DNA of 64,000 nt. Origin: Squalus acanthias. Its lineage: Eukaryota. The stretch covers positions 10,728,001-10,792,000 of the forward strand of contig CM059433.1 in NCBI GenBank assembly GCA_030390025.1, read 5' to 3'. The notes below the pieces were generated by a model. It was not told the DNA's origin, did not search any database, and saw only the letters and a program-made list of their open reading frames with translations. Below, in pieces: positions 1 through 12,075 of this stretch. Made by a program: the position numbers and the translations under genes. Numbering within the stretch: the stretch's first letter is position 1; every line of letters begins with the position of its first letter.

Positions 1-496
1 GTTATGTAGAAGCAGGCTGTAGGTAACGTAGGCTTTATATATGGAAACATTGGTAATCTGGGCAAAGAGTAATGTATCAGGAGTTAGATGGTAACAGTTC
101 TTCGTGAAGAGCAATGGGCTCTGGGAATAATCAATACAGGCCGCAGATAGATGTGGCTTGAGATTCTCCATTTTGATTCACATTCATCACCATCCCTTTT
201 ATTGGAATTGTAGAAGTATCATTTTTCTTTTGAAAGTTATTTTATTTTTTTCAATCAATAATTTATTTCCTGACGGTTTTTGCCTTTTCAATCTTTCTGA
301 ATACACGGAACAATCACTTTCTGGCTTATCCTGAATTTAGGAGTTTCACCCCAAATTGACAGGCAGATTGTTCACAGAAAGTCCCACTAAAACACAACAC
401 ATTCTACACACTTCTGGCGACTATCATGCTTTTTTTCTCTCCAATTTACCTCTCCTGTGTAAAGGTAGACATATGTCATCTCAGGTGGTCATTCTT

Positions 497-973
497 CATA
501 GAAACATAGAAACATAGAAGATAGGAGCAGGAGTAGGCCATTTGGCCCTTCGAGCCTGCTCCGCCATTTAATGAGATGATGGCTGATCATCCAAATTCAG
601 TACCCTGTCCCTGCTTTCTCCCCATATCCCTTGATCCTTTCGCCTTAAGAAATATATCTAACTCCTTCTTGAATATATTTAATGAATTGGCCTCAACTGC
701 CTTCTGTGGTAGAGAATTCCACAGGTTCACCACTCTCTGGGTGAAGAAATTCCTCCTCATCTCAGTCCTAAATGGCTTACCCCTTATGCTTAGACTGTGA
801 CCCCTGGTTCTGGACTCCCCCACCATCAGGAACATCCTTCCTGCATCTAGTCTGTCTAGTCCTGTTAGAATTTTATAAGTTTCAATGAGATCCCCTCTCA
901 TTCTTCTAAACTCTAGCGAATATAAGCCTAATCGACCCAATCTCTCTTCATACGTCATTCCTGCCATCCCAGG
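497..973 (-). mobile_element. CR1-clade LINE, 3' fragment (ORF2 C-terminus, 3' UTR and TTCTATGT-type tail)
   Basis: ORF 587..967(-) reads YEERLGRLGLYSLEFRRMRGDLIETYK...RNFFTQRVVNLWNSLP, a typical CR1 ORF2 C-terminus. Tandem catagaaa tail at 497-520. Confidence 0.93.
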
Positions 974-1074
974 TTCATATGCGAGTCTGGATAGGAAGTC
1001 TTGACAGATTATTTAACCATAGGTATCACAGCTAAGTCCAGCTGTGCCCTCACCCAACTCTACCTGAGATGTGG

Positions 1075-1735
1075 TACTGAGCCACACAAAAAGGTCAATA
1101 CCATTTTGGTTTCATAAATAGAGACAAAAGACTGAAGAAGTACGAATACATTTGTACAAAGTATTGGTTACACCACAGTTAGAGTGTACTGTGTGCAGTT
1201 TTGGGCACACCTTTATATGAAAGGCATTAAAGCTATCAAGAGCGTATTGTCCAGGACTATGCCAGTGACGGGAAACTATCGTTATGAGGAGAGACTTGAG
1301 ATACCGGGGCTATTTCCACTGGAGCAGAGGAGGTTAAGAGGAGATTTAATCAAAGTTTTTATAATTATGAACGATTTTGATAGAGAGAATAGAGAAGGAC
1401 TACTTCCTCTAGTTGGGCAGTCAATGATGAGGGGTCATCAATTTAAAATCATTACAAAGAGAGTGAGGAGAGAGGTCAGGAGAAATTTCTTGACATAGAG
1501 GGTTGTTGGAACATGAATGCTTTGCCACAAGGAGTGGTTGAAGCAGAGAACATTGTATATTTTAAGAAAAAATTGGATAAGTATTTGAAGCAGAGGAAGG
1601 TACAGGGCTATGGGGAGACAGGAGAGCAGTGGAAGTAGTTTTGGATTGCTCTAGCAAAGACCTGGCACAAATACAATTGGCCAAATGACATCCTTCTGTG
1701 CTGCAAACTTCTGGGTTCTATGGTTCTATGAGCCA
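1075..1735 (+). mobile_element. Older CR1 LINE 3' fragment
   Basis: YCVQFWA...YEERLE..GLFPLEQRRLRGDLIKVF...RRNFLT, followed by a CR1-like 3' UTR and a ttctatg tail. Confidence 0.85.
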
Positions 1736-3409
1736 TATAGAGTAGGGTTCAATCTAAGCCGAGTACTAAGGTGGTCCCATGCTGGGCCAATCAGTTGGGG
1801 TACTAAAATGAACCTCAGGCCACCTTGGGCTAGGAAGAGAAAATGCAGCCAGAGTTTCCACATCTGATCGCTATCTACTGAACGGTGCTGGAAAATTATA
1901 TTTGTGGAAGTCAAGTAAGGGCTAGATTTGACTGTGTTGCTCCACATAATTGTATAGCCCGTGGTCCTTCACGGTATAGGCTCAAACATGAAGAATGGCC
2001 CCTTGTGTGTGAGATACCGGAAGGCTTCTGGCACTCATAGAACTGCTCCGCAGTAAGAAACAGCACCTTCAGTTAAGATACAGATCAGCCATGATCTAAT
2101 TGAATGGCAGAACAGCCTAGAGGGGCAGATTGGCCTACCCATGTTCCTATGTTCAGGAGAAGAAGGAAGAAAAAGGTGTTAGAACATTAGACAGAATTAT
2201 TAGAAGGCTGAGGCTGTTACATGTGCAGCAGTGACACAGGCTTACGACGTTAAAGGCCATTTACATTTCCACATCGGATAACCCTTTGTCGGTATTCTGT
2301 GTCCTTTTCTTCACTGGTTATGCCCAAAGGAAGATCTGTTTTTTTTTATCCCCACCCTTAAACAAAATCCATCAACGTATCACAACCTTACAAATGTCTT
2401 CAATCAAAAACCAAGCCAGCAGGAAACCCAAGCTTCTTAATGATACACCAGCTATCAATTCATTCAAGAACTGGAAGTAGCCACTGCTCATTCTCCCCCA
2501 CATCACATTTAATGCATATATATCAAAAAACATCGTTTTTTTTTTAATGAAAGCGATTTTATTACTTGTAATGCCTCCACGTTTAAATCCACATTTCTCC
2601 AGAATTCTTTGAAAAAAAAAATCTCAGGTTACTTTGAGGGGCACCTATTCAGGCCGCAGAACTGATCTGTATTGAGTCAGGTCACCACGTTGCCTGGTTA
2701 CCAGCGCAAGATTGACAATGAGAAGCCACCTTACCACTCTTTTCCCAAGAAATCAATATGACAGGCTTGATGGTGATGATATGAGAGTACCAGAAAAAGC
2801 ATGAAATTGCTGTTGAAGCTCATTTCTTGAAAGTCTCGGGAAAAGATTAGCTTTCGCCCCATTACTCTATCCTTGTCTTGCCGTATTCCGTTTCTTCTGT
2901 TTTTTTTCCATTTTCCACTTTTTTTTTGTGCTGTTCAAGCAGCAGCCGATCTATTTTACAGCGCAGACTTTGCAATATAATATTCCCATGCTTGGACAGT
3001 CAGACGATGGGAAGATATTTTTCTTTCGATTTCTTTGCGGCAAATCAGAAATTACAGGCTGGCTCTATGGGAATAGGAGCCCTTGATATTCGTAACCTTT
3101 GCTGACACCCCTTTCGTCACTTGTCAGCTCTTTAAAGGGGTATTTAATTGTGAATCTTTGGTGGTGACAAGGTAAGTGTCTGGTATTCTAGCACTGCCTT
3201 TCATTAGAAGCTTCTACAGACTGCCAAGAGACAGTTAACTCTTCCATGTCCCTTGCTGTGGAACAATTTCACAGCACCTTAAGACAATATAAAAACTGAT
3301 TGTGGCATATATTGACTAACGTCTTTGTTACTGTGGAGTCACAAAATTGAGTCTATCACAGAAAAATGATGTATCTATATATAAAAGCTAAGTTTAGAAG
3401 GTATAGTCA

Positions 3410-3810
3410 ATAGAACATTGGATCATTAGGAACAGGAGTAGGCCACTCAGCCCCTGCGGCCTGTTCCGCCATTCAATTAGTTGATGCCTGATCTGTACCT
3501 CAACTCAATTTTCCCGCCTTTGCTCCATATCCCTTGATCAATGTTCCCTCTAATTTTTTTCTTTCGTGCGCGGTCCCTTTAACTGGCTGCGCGGCCCATT
3601 CAAATTTTTGCGCTTGCGCGGTTTCTTACGTGTAAAAGCCGGTGGGCGGCCTGCACGGGACCTCCAGACCGCTGCGCGGCTGTGCAGCTTAACGGGAACG
3701 TTGCCCTTGGTCCCCTTACCTCACAAAAATTTAGCGATCTCAGTCGTGAAAGCTCCAATGGTCCCGGCATCCTGAGCCTTTTGCAAGAGAGAACTCCAGA
3801 TGCCGGCTAC
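3410..3810 (-). mobile_element. CR1 3' end fragment, interrupted by a MITE
   Basis: aggaacaggagtaggccactcagcccc...gccattcaat matches the other CR1 3' UTRs in the window. Confidence 0.75.
3539..3703. mobile_element. hAT-like MITE (165 bp)
   Basis: TIR CAATGTTCCC / GGGAACGTTG. 8-bp TSD cccttgat (3531-3538) / cccttggt (3704-3711). Splits a CR1 3' UTR. Confidence 0.85.
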
Positions 3811-4872
3811 AGAAAGTCTTTTGTTTCAAGTATTTCTTGGAGAGATTTTACCTGACTTTTTACTTAACTGCTAAAGGAGGTGGTGTCATTGTGGCACAAA
3901 AGTGTTTCTACTGTGCTTCTATGGACACCTTCAAGTACCTGACCCAACTATGCAAGCCTAGACCAGAGCTTTTCAAACTGGGGCCCCGGGCACGAGAAGA
4001 GAACCAGGAGGTCAGCAGATTTAGATATTTTGCTGTATTTGTTCATTTACTATTTCTGTTGTACATAAACTAATTAAAAACTATTTCAACATTAATAACT
4101 GTTTTTCTTTGGGAAGCAGACACTGTCTTTTGAAAGTTAGGACAGAAGGTTTACAAGAGTGTGTGAATATTTGCAGGGAACCACCGGCCTAGCCAGTGAA
4201 TGTGGCAAGCTATCACAGCTGAGTCCAATCCTGCACTCACTCTCATGTCCACACATACCTACTTCCCTCATTGGCTGTAAAGAGCTTTTGGGGTGTCTTG
4301 AGGTCATGAAAGGCGCTATATTTCCTTTTGTAAATACAATTTACCTCAGTGCTTCTGGGCCTGGGAGGAGAAGAAAGCAGGCCGAGTTCCTGCTCCTGGT
4401 CACAGTGACTCCTGACAGGAGGTACTTTTGAAGCGTTGTCACTGTTCTACACTGGGTAGCACTTTAACCAACTGGCCCCCCGTTGGGAAAACAGCATTTT
4501 TTCTCCTCGGCTGAAGGCTTCTGACTCCCTTGATGGGGTACAGTTCACTCAGGTGGTTCAGTCCAGTGAGTGCCAGCTATCCAAATGTGGAGGACATCAC
4601 CGCCAAATCTGATTCTGTTCTCACACTCACAGTATGGGGATGATAGATATCGATCCCAAAGCTATAAATCCTGGCTGAATTTTCCTTCTCAAGCCTAATT
4701 GTTGGCTCCCTTATCATTTTCCCAGTCCCAGCTCAGCTATCTCAGGATAGGCTGAGGATCGAACAGTCCTGTGTGTAGAGCTTTTACCTCTAAGCCATCG
4801 GGAGGTGACTCTAGGGAACTACAATTTATGAGAGTAGCAATGAAAGCTGAGGCAAAAGTTCAGATACTGCAA

Positions 4873-4897
4873 TCATATATATATATATATATATATA
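4873..4897. repeat. (TA)n microsatellite
   Basis: Read directly from the sequence. Confidence 0.95.
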
Positions 4898-5099
4898 AAA
4901 TGTCTGTCTGCTGCATGAACTGTCGTAGCCAATGTGGTGGTGTGTGAGCGGAGTGCTCAACGGACAGTCTTGAGCCCATCTAAAAATTCCTTAGTGAAGT
5001 GATAACCGTCCTTTAAACTGTATTTCATGAAGTAGAATGTAGACACAGAAACCCTGTTGCGTATTTTCCTGCAGTCCATTAAGCCTCACATATTGTTGA

Positions 5100-5620
5100 C
5101 AATGCCAATGTCCTTCTTCTGCCTGAATCATTAATTGCCGTGCGCGACGGCCGCATCAGAATGTTGTCTTTGTTGAGTGGATACAGTTTGTGAAAGCTAA
5201 GCCATTTTATTTACCCTGCAGTGGCTAAAGGTCATTATGAAGAGAAACTGTCTTCTCTGCATACAAGTGGCTGACCGGAAGATACTAAAGGTCATAAAGG
5301 GTCACAAAGAAGCCATTGTAAAGCTGCTCTGTGCTGTTTAGATGATTCGGCCAATTACAGCCACACATTTGTGGTGAATAAGCTTTTAAAGTTGCAGTAA
5401 TAAATCAAGAAGCTGTGCTTGATAAGAATTTCTTTTAAGGAATAAAAGAAGTAGTTGTACTTTGAATAAGCTTCTTTACGAAATGCTCTGAGAACAAATT
5501 GTCACACCGCAGTGTCCACACATAAGGATCTGTGTTTATACGTGTGCATAGTTCCTTCCTGATTGCTGTCATTATTCTGCGCCGAACTGATTAATGCCCC
5601 TATTGAAGAGTCTCTGACAA
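5100..5620. promoter_or_regulatory. Candidate enhancer (unique sequence with nuclear-receptor, Pbx-Hox and Sox motifs)
   Basis: AAAGGTCA at 5227 and 5287; AGGTCA-taaa-GGGTCA (DR4) at 5289-5304; TGATTTATTA on the minus strand at 5398-5407; several ACAAAG/CATTGT. Motif evidence only. Confidence 0.35.
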
Positions 5621-6879
5621 GGAGAATGCAAGGAATGAATTCTTTACTTGTAAACTGATCGGGGATGTCTCACTCCCAGTGTTATCTTCTGTACTGCGGG
5701 GCTGAATCCTGGCATTTTATGAGCGAGGACAGTGTGTCCCTTCTTCCACTGTTGGGAAGATGTAAAAAGGGCATGTAACACTGACAGTGAGCTGTTCATA
5801 ACCATTCCAAATTGTTCTCTGTTTCGCATTTTGAAACACATGACTTTCGTTTTGTGTTTTTGGCACTTAAAAGGTCGAGAGTCAAGGTGAAGGTTTTTGC
5901 TCAATTGTGAGTACTAAGTCGAATAATTTACGAGGACAATAATTTTTGCAGAGGAGGAGAAAATAACATCCAAATATTCACTTCCCACAATATTCCTGTA
6001 AACAGGGCAAATTTACCATCAGCTTTTATTTTTAATTTCTTGTGCACAAAATGATGTAAGTTCCAAATTTAGAGGAACTCTATGGCGTCAATGCAGTCTA
6101 GCTAAAGCCCTTTCAGTTAAAATACGGCTCGACGCCTTAATCTTAGCATTTTTCAGCAGCACCATCCACACTTTCCCAGAAACTGTAGAATTTTTGTAAT
6201 TAGAAATGTAGGCCACCGGCTCCCCATTGCTCAGTCGCCAAATTGCACTGTATGGTGTGGTACTGAGCATCATGGATCGGGAAGGTCTTAGGTTTGATTC
6301 GTAAGGTCATGATCGCTAGCAGGTCTCAACTAGGGCGAGGGTGGGACACTCCAATGGGTCTCGATCACCTGTCAAACTAATGAGAGGAAAAATGAGCCGC
6401 TTTTACCCTCTGAACTATTTAGCCCAAACTCTGCGTTCCCGACTTTTCTGTAATTCTTTCCCCGCTCCACCACCCCCCCCCCCCCCGTCAAAATGGGTGA
6501 ACTCATAACTTGCTGTTTGTTCAGTCGGTGTCTGGCTGTGACCCATATGTGACAGTACGGTTAATGCTACAGACACTAATGAGGCCCGAGGGGGTTCATT
6601 TAACACTATTCTATTATACAGTACAGTCAATTTCCCCTTTACAGCAACTCAGATTTTCCATCAAAAACAGCAAGTCAAACTTTCCACCCAATGTCTTACT
6701 GCAATTCCGCGCAGACCCTCCTGCTCCGTGCATGGTGGCTGGTTCTTCAGCAATTCATTTCTTGAGAAGGCGAACCTGTAGCAGACAGATCAGATTCCCC
6801 ATGTTTTCACAGCTGAATCGCCGGTGCACATGACACACAGGAGAAAAGGCTGCAGGATCGGCTTAAACCGTTGGGACAA

Positions 6880-7005
6880 AGGTCTCAAATGGCTCAGCGG
6901 ATAAAATACATGATCTGATATGGCACCAAAACCTTGTAGCACTAGAAGGTCCCAGGTTCAATCCCCAGTTTGTGCTGAGTCAGGTCTCACCGTGGTCTTG
7001 CCGCT
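6880..7005 (+). mobile_element. Old tRNA-derived SINE head (unnamed family; related copies near 6220, 21290, 29700, and on the minus strand near 4560-4800, 8380-8550, 20150-20420, 31050-31380)
   Basis: Box A-like tggctcagcgg and box B-like ggttcaatccc, followed by tgtgctgagt. Diverged copies recur across the window. Confidence 0.55.
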
Positions 7006-7025
7006 AGCCTATTGTAACAAACAGC

Positions 7026-8314
7026 AACATAGAAACACAGGAGCAGCAGTAGGCCATTCGGCCCCTCGAGCCTGCTCCGCCATTCGATGAGATCATGGCT
7101 GATCATCCAAACTCAGTACCCTGTACCTGCCTTCTCCCCATATCCCTTGATACCTTTATCTTTAAGAAATATATCTAACTCATTCTTAAATATATTTAAT
7201 GACTTGGCCTCAACTACCTTCTGTGGTAGAGAATTCCACAGGTTCACCACTCTCTGGGTGAAGAAATTCTTCCTAATTTCTGTCCTAAATGGCTTACCCC
7301 TTATCCTTAGATTATGACCCCTGGTTCTGGACTCTCCGACCATCGGGAACATTCTTCCTGCATCTAGTTTGTCCAGACCTGTCAGAATTTTATATGTTTC
7401 AATGAGATCCCCTCGCATTCTTCTAAAGTCCAGCGAGTATAAGCCTAATCGACCCAATCTCTCCTCATATGTCATTCCTGCCATCCCAGATATCAGCCTT
7501 GTGAATCTTCGCTGAACTCCTTCCATGGCAAGAACATCCTTCCTCAGATAAGGCGACCAAAACTGCACACAGTACTCAAGGTGTGGTCTCACCAAGGCCC
7601 TGAACAACTGCAGCAGGACATCCCTGTTCCTATACTCAAACCCTTTCGCTATGAAGGCCAACATACCATTTGCCTTCTTCACCGCCTCCTGCACCTGCAT
7701 GCTTACCTTCAGCAACTGGTGCACAAGGACACCCAGGTCTCGTTGCACTTCCCCTTCTCCCAATCTATTGCCATTCAGATAATAGTCTGCCTTTCTGTTT
7801 TTGACACCAAAGTGGATAATCTCGCATTTATCCACGTTATATTGCATCTGCCACGCTTCTGCCCACTCACCCAAACTGTCCAAATCATCCTGGAGTTTCT
7901 CAGTATCCTCCTCGCAGCACACACGCCCACCCAGCTTTGTGTCATCTGCAAACTTGGAGATATTACATTTAGTTCCCTTATCTAGATCATTAATGTATAT
8001 TGTGAATAGCTGGAGTCCAAGGACCGAATCCTGCGGTACCCCACTAGTCACTGCCTGCCACTCGGAAAAAGACCCATTAATTCCTACTCTCTGTTTTCTG
8101 TCGGCCAACCAGTTCTCTATCCAAGTCAATACCTTGCCCCCAATCCCATGTGCCTTAACTTTGCACGCTAATCTCTTATGCGGGACCTTATCGAAAGCCT
8201 TTTGAAAGTCCAAACATACCACATCTACTGGTTCTCCCTTATCTATTTTCCCAGTTACATCCTCAAAAAATTCCAGTAGATTAGTCAAGCACGATTTACC
8301 TATTGTAAATCCAT
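7026..8314 (-). mobile_element. CR1 LINE, 5'-truncated, about 1.3 kb, with an open RT/C-terminal frame
   Basis: 402-aa ORF 7113..8321(-): LDFQKAFDKVPH, GVPQDSVLG, SKFADDTKLGG, LEYCVQFWSP. CR1 3' UTR follows. Confidence 0.96.
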
Positions 8315-8650
8315 TTTCCAATCGGAAAATTACATGTTAGCGATTTCCATCACACCGGGGAAAATCCACATAAAATATTCCTGTGGAAGATCCCATGGAA
8401 TGGGCAGCAGAAGTCACTGAATAGCGATCAAGAGGAGGAACCCTGGCTGATTTCTCCTTCACTCCTCCCCAGCTGAACATGCTGAGGCCAATGCTGCTGT
8501 TTCCACTGCTGTCTGGCTGAGCCAGCTTGATATCAGTGGGGTTCTGGTCTCCACACTACAAAAAGGACATTGAAGCGCTGGAGAAAGGGCAGAAAAGATT
8601 GACAAGGATGTTTACCAGAATTGAGACGATAGGGTGGATGCGGAGATACT

Positions 8651-9529
8651 GGCCGTGATGTTGCAAATGGATACGGCTTGGGAGCGGGTCAGCTGGTTTC
8701 CGGGTTCCAGTCCCGCCCCCCAACTGCATCCGGCCAACGGACGTGATTTTACGTCGATTGGCCTTGTTAAGCCCGCCCTGCGTGCTTGCCGGCCAATTAA
8801 GAGGAAGCTGGTCAGATGATGTCATTTGATGACACGTCATCTGCCGTTTTTCTTAAAGGGACCACGCACAATTTTTCTTTGACAGCTCATTTCTCAGTGT
8901 TTGACAGCATTGAGGTGCCGCAAACACTGATGATGACTGTTCACAGGTGAGCTCTTGCACCCGGGCTCTCCAGTGACTCCCTCCTTAGGCTAGAACAGAT
9001 GACAGCTGCAGGTGAGGTTACAGAAGCGATCTGTCACTGGTGAGAGAGGTTCTCCCAATGAGGTGGGACTAGACAGCCAATTCAAAACCTGTTACCTACA
9101 GAAAAGTGTAAAAGCATTAAAAATGATTTTCCCCAACATTTCCTTTCCTCTGAAACTCTCCAGTGCACCATTGGATCCTTCACACCACTTCTGCAGCTGT
9201 CATCAATGCAGAAACACTACAGCAGACTCACAACACGCCACACTTACCTGGCGTGGTGTCCGGACGTCAGGGAACCCTGAGGCAGAAGCGGCAAAATTGA
9301 AAAAGAGCCTGTTAACAAGTATCAAGTACCTGTTAACAGCCAGGTGAGTGGCTATAATCCTCTTCCCACCAGCTAGGTGTCGGGTCCATGTGCAAATCAG
9401 GGACCCGACACTTGGAAAGATTGATGGAGGCGGGTTGACAGCGAGTTTCCTGCTCGCTGTCAATCTTTGCGATTTTGACAGCGGTCCCGCCTCCAATCCA
9501 TCACTCTGAGGACCGGCACAATTCTGGCC
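8651..9529. mobile_element. Non-autonomous Harbinger-like DNA element inserted in a CR1 fragment
   Basis: CR1 sequence gatagggtggatgcggagatact resumes as actgtttcctcttgcggg. Ends are GGCC...GGCC with a degenerate TIR. 3-bp duplication ACT (register ambiguous by 1 nt). Confidence 0.65.
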
Positions 9530-9569
9530 ACTGTTTCCTCTTGCGGGTAACTCCAGAACAAGGGGACAT

Positions 9570-10190
9570 AAATATAAAACAAAAACAGAAAATGCTGGAT
9601 ATACTCAGCATCTGTGGAGAGAGAAACAGACATTTCAGATCGATGACTTTTCGTCAGAACTGGAAAAAGTTAGAGATGTAATAGGTTTTAAGCAAGTGCA
9701 GAGGCAGGGAAAGTGGGGGGGCAGGGGTGGAGGAAAGAACAAAAGGGAAGGTCTGTGATAGGGTGGAAGGCAGGAGAGATTAAAGGACAACAGGGGTGAT
9801 GGTGCAAGGCAAAAGGAGATGGTAATGGGACAAGTAAAGAAACAAAAGGTAGGTCCAGAAGAGGCGTAAATGGGAATGGCAGAATCATCAACAGCTGCCG
9901 TTCGAAAAAAATGGGGGCAGAGGTTATGACCTGAAATTGTTGAACTCAATGTTGAGTCCAGAAGGCTGTAAAGTGCCTAATCGACAGATGAGGTGCTGTT
10001 CCTCGAGCTTACGTTGAGCTTCATTGCAACAGTGTAGGAGGCCGAGGACAGAGAGGTCAGAGTGGGAGTGGAGCGGAGAATTAAAGTGACAGGCCACCGG
10101 AAGCTCGGGGTCACACTTGCGGACTGAATGGAGGTGTTCCGCAACGCGGTCGCCCTGTCTGTGTCTGCTCTCCCCAGTGTAGAGGAGACC
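9570..10190 (-). mobile_element. Penelope-like element (family B), 3' fragment: GIY-YIG endonuclease C-terminus and pLTR with degenerate hammerhead
   Basis: Minus-strand translation 10190..9924: GLLYTGESRHRQGDRVAEHLHSVRK...PVACHFNSPLHSHSDLSVLGL...RKLEEQHLICRLGTLQPSGLNIEF. CTGACGA...GAAA motif near 9630-9662. Confidence 0.88.
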
Positions 10191-10929
10191 AAAGTTTCTG
10201 AGTGGCCTGCAGTGGTCCCATCAAGGACCGTTGATTCAGCCGCACGCGCCATCTCAAAATTGCAATCGGGTCCCATGTACGTCATAGGACCCTGATTTGC
10301 ATATTAAAGATGGCCTCATGCCTGAAACTCTCTACTCACAACAACAACTCGATTTCCAACGCAAACCATGTGAGATTTTTGTCAATTGCTGGCTAACAGT
10401 GTTTGGGGAAAATAAATTCAATGAGCATATTAACCGCCTTTCACCAAGTTGCTTTTTCCTGAAGTTGTGTGAGCGCACTTTGCTTTAAAACAAACAAACT
10501 CCAACAAAAAAATTGTGAGGTTTATTTCCTGATCCGTGGTGTAAGTGTTTAAGGTGTTTGTTATCATTTCAAGGCAGGCATTAACCCATTTAGCGTTAGA
10601 TCGTAGGTTTGAAAATATCCCCTTTAATACCATTTTATTTTTTTTGGATTTCTTTTAATAAATAAAAACATTTTTTTAATGCATTGAGTGCTGATCGTGT
10701 ACTTGTAGGAGCTGTGTCCATTTTTAATTGAGAAACCAGTGTGGAGGGTCAAGCCATGAAGTGCAGCAAGGTTGAAAAGATTAGAACAGAGGACAAGGTA
10801 CAAACAGGAAGCAGCGATTAGGTGATGCCAAGCTTTGATTTTAAATGCTTCAAGGTTGCCGAAGGAAGGAATGATAGGTTTGAAGGACTTACTAAGCTAG
10901 GCTAAGTGTGAGAGAGTTGCATTAACAAC

Positions 10930-12075
10930 CTGAGGTGATATGCAACAACCCTTAACGTTGGAAAATGCCTCAAGCCACTTCAAAGAAACATGATCAGACA
11001 AAAATTGACACTGAGCCAAAGAAGGAGATATTAGAAGAAAGCGTTAAAAGCTTGGTCATACAGGTAGGTTTTAAGGAGGTGGCGAGGTGTGAGGGGGGGG
11101 GGTTAATTTCAGAGCTTCGGGTTTAGACAGGTGAAGGTACAGCCACCAATAGTGGGGTGAAGAAAGTGGGGCATGCATTGGAGGCGAGAGTTGGGGGAAC
11201 ATAGGAGCTCTCGGAGGGAGGTAGGGCTGGAGAAGGTGCAGAGTGGTCACAGTCACAGAGGATGCCATTTGTGCATTTGATTAGAGCCATTTCAGTGCAG
11301 TGGCAGGGGCCGAAACCTGATTGGCGAGTGACATGAATCTGTCATTCATAACTTATGAAATAATACTGAGTGGCCTGCGGGTGGCGCTGTCCAGGGAGAG
11401 TATAAATACTCGGGCACGGGCCCAGCTTGCGCAGGACATTCTTAACTGGAACTAGTGAAGGACACAACTGGACCTCCATGTTGTAAAACAGTTGATTAAA
11501 GCTTTGTTTAATGCTTAGACCAAGTGCCTAGTAGTTTTCTTATGTCAGCGAGTTTCAAACATGGAGTTGTGGTTATGATGGACACGATTTGGGAGGCAAC
11601 ACCACGTTCAAGGACCTTGGAGAGGAAAGGGTGGTTGGAAATGGGGCAATATTTTGCAAGGACAGAGGAGTCAAGGGTGGGTTTTTTGAGTGGGACGGGG
11701 GGGGGGTGGGGGGGGGGGTGGCGGGGGTGATGGTGGCAGTTTTGAAAGGGATGGGCACGGTACCTGAGGAGAAGGAACTGTTTATTATATCAGCTAGAAT
11801 GGGGGCCTGGAAGGGGAGTTGGGTGGTCAGCAATTTGGTAGGAAAAGGTTTGAGAGAGCAGGAGGTGGGTCTCACTACATGATGGGCTCAGAAAGGGCAG
11901 GAGGGGAGATAGGAGAGAAATTAGAGAAAGATGAGGGTTCAGGGCTAGGGCGGGGGTGAGGGGGGGGGGGGAGACCTTGGGGGAAGTTTGGCTTGGTGGG
12001 AAAGGGGAAGGTAGGTGGATGGATGATCTCAATCTTCGTGACAGTGAAGTCCATGAGCACCTTGCACTTGTTATT
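10930..12075 (-). mobile_element. Degenerate L2-clade LINE fragments
   Basis: Translation PFPTKLLTTQLP..LADIINSSFSSGTVPIPFKTATITP. The 3' portion matches the L2 copies at 60715 and 62165. Confidence 0.75.
11329..11547 (+). mobile_element. Solo LTR (219 bp)
   Basis: TGACAT...ATGTCA ends; 5-bp TSD GCGAG (11324-11328 / 11548-11552); TATAAATA at 11401; ATTAAA near 11495. Splits an L2 copy. Confidence 0.82.

Noticed and set aside
7581..8205. Plus-strand ORFs of 134 aa
   Set aside because: Antisense shadows of the CR1 RT frame. The same applies to most short ORFs over LINEs, SINEs and GC-rich MITEs.
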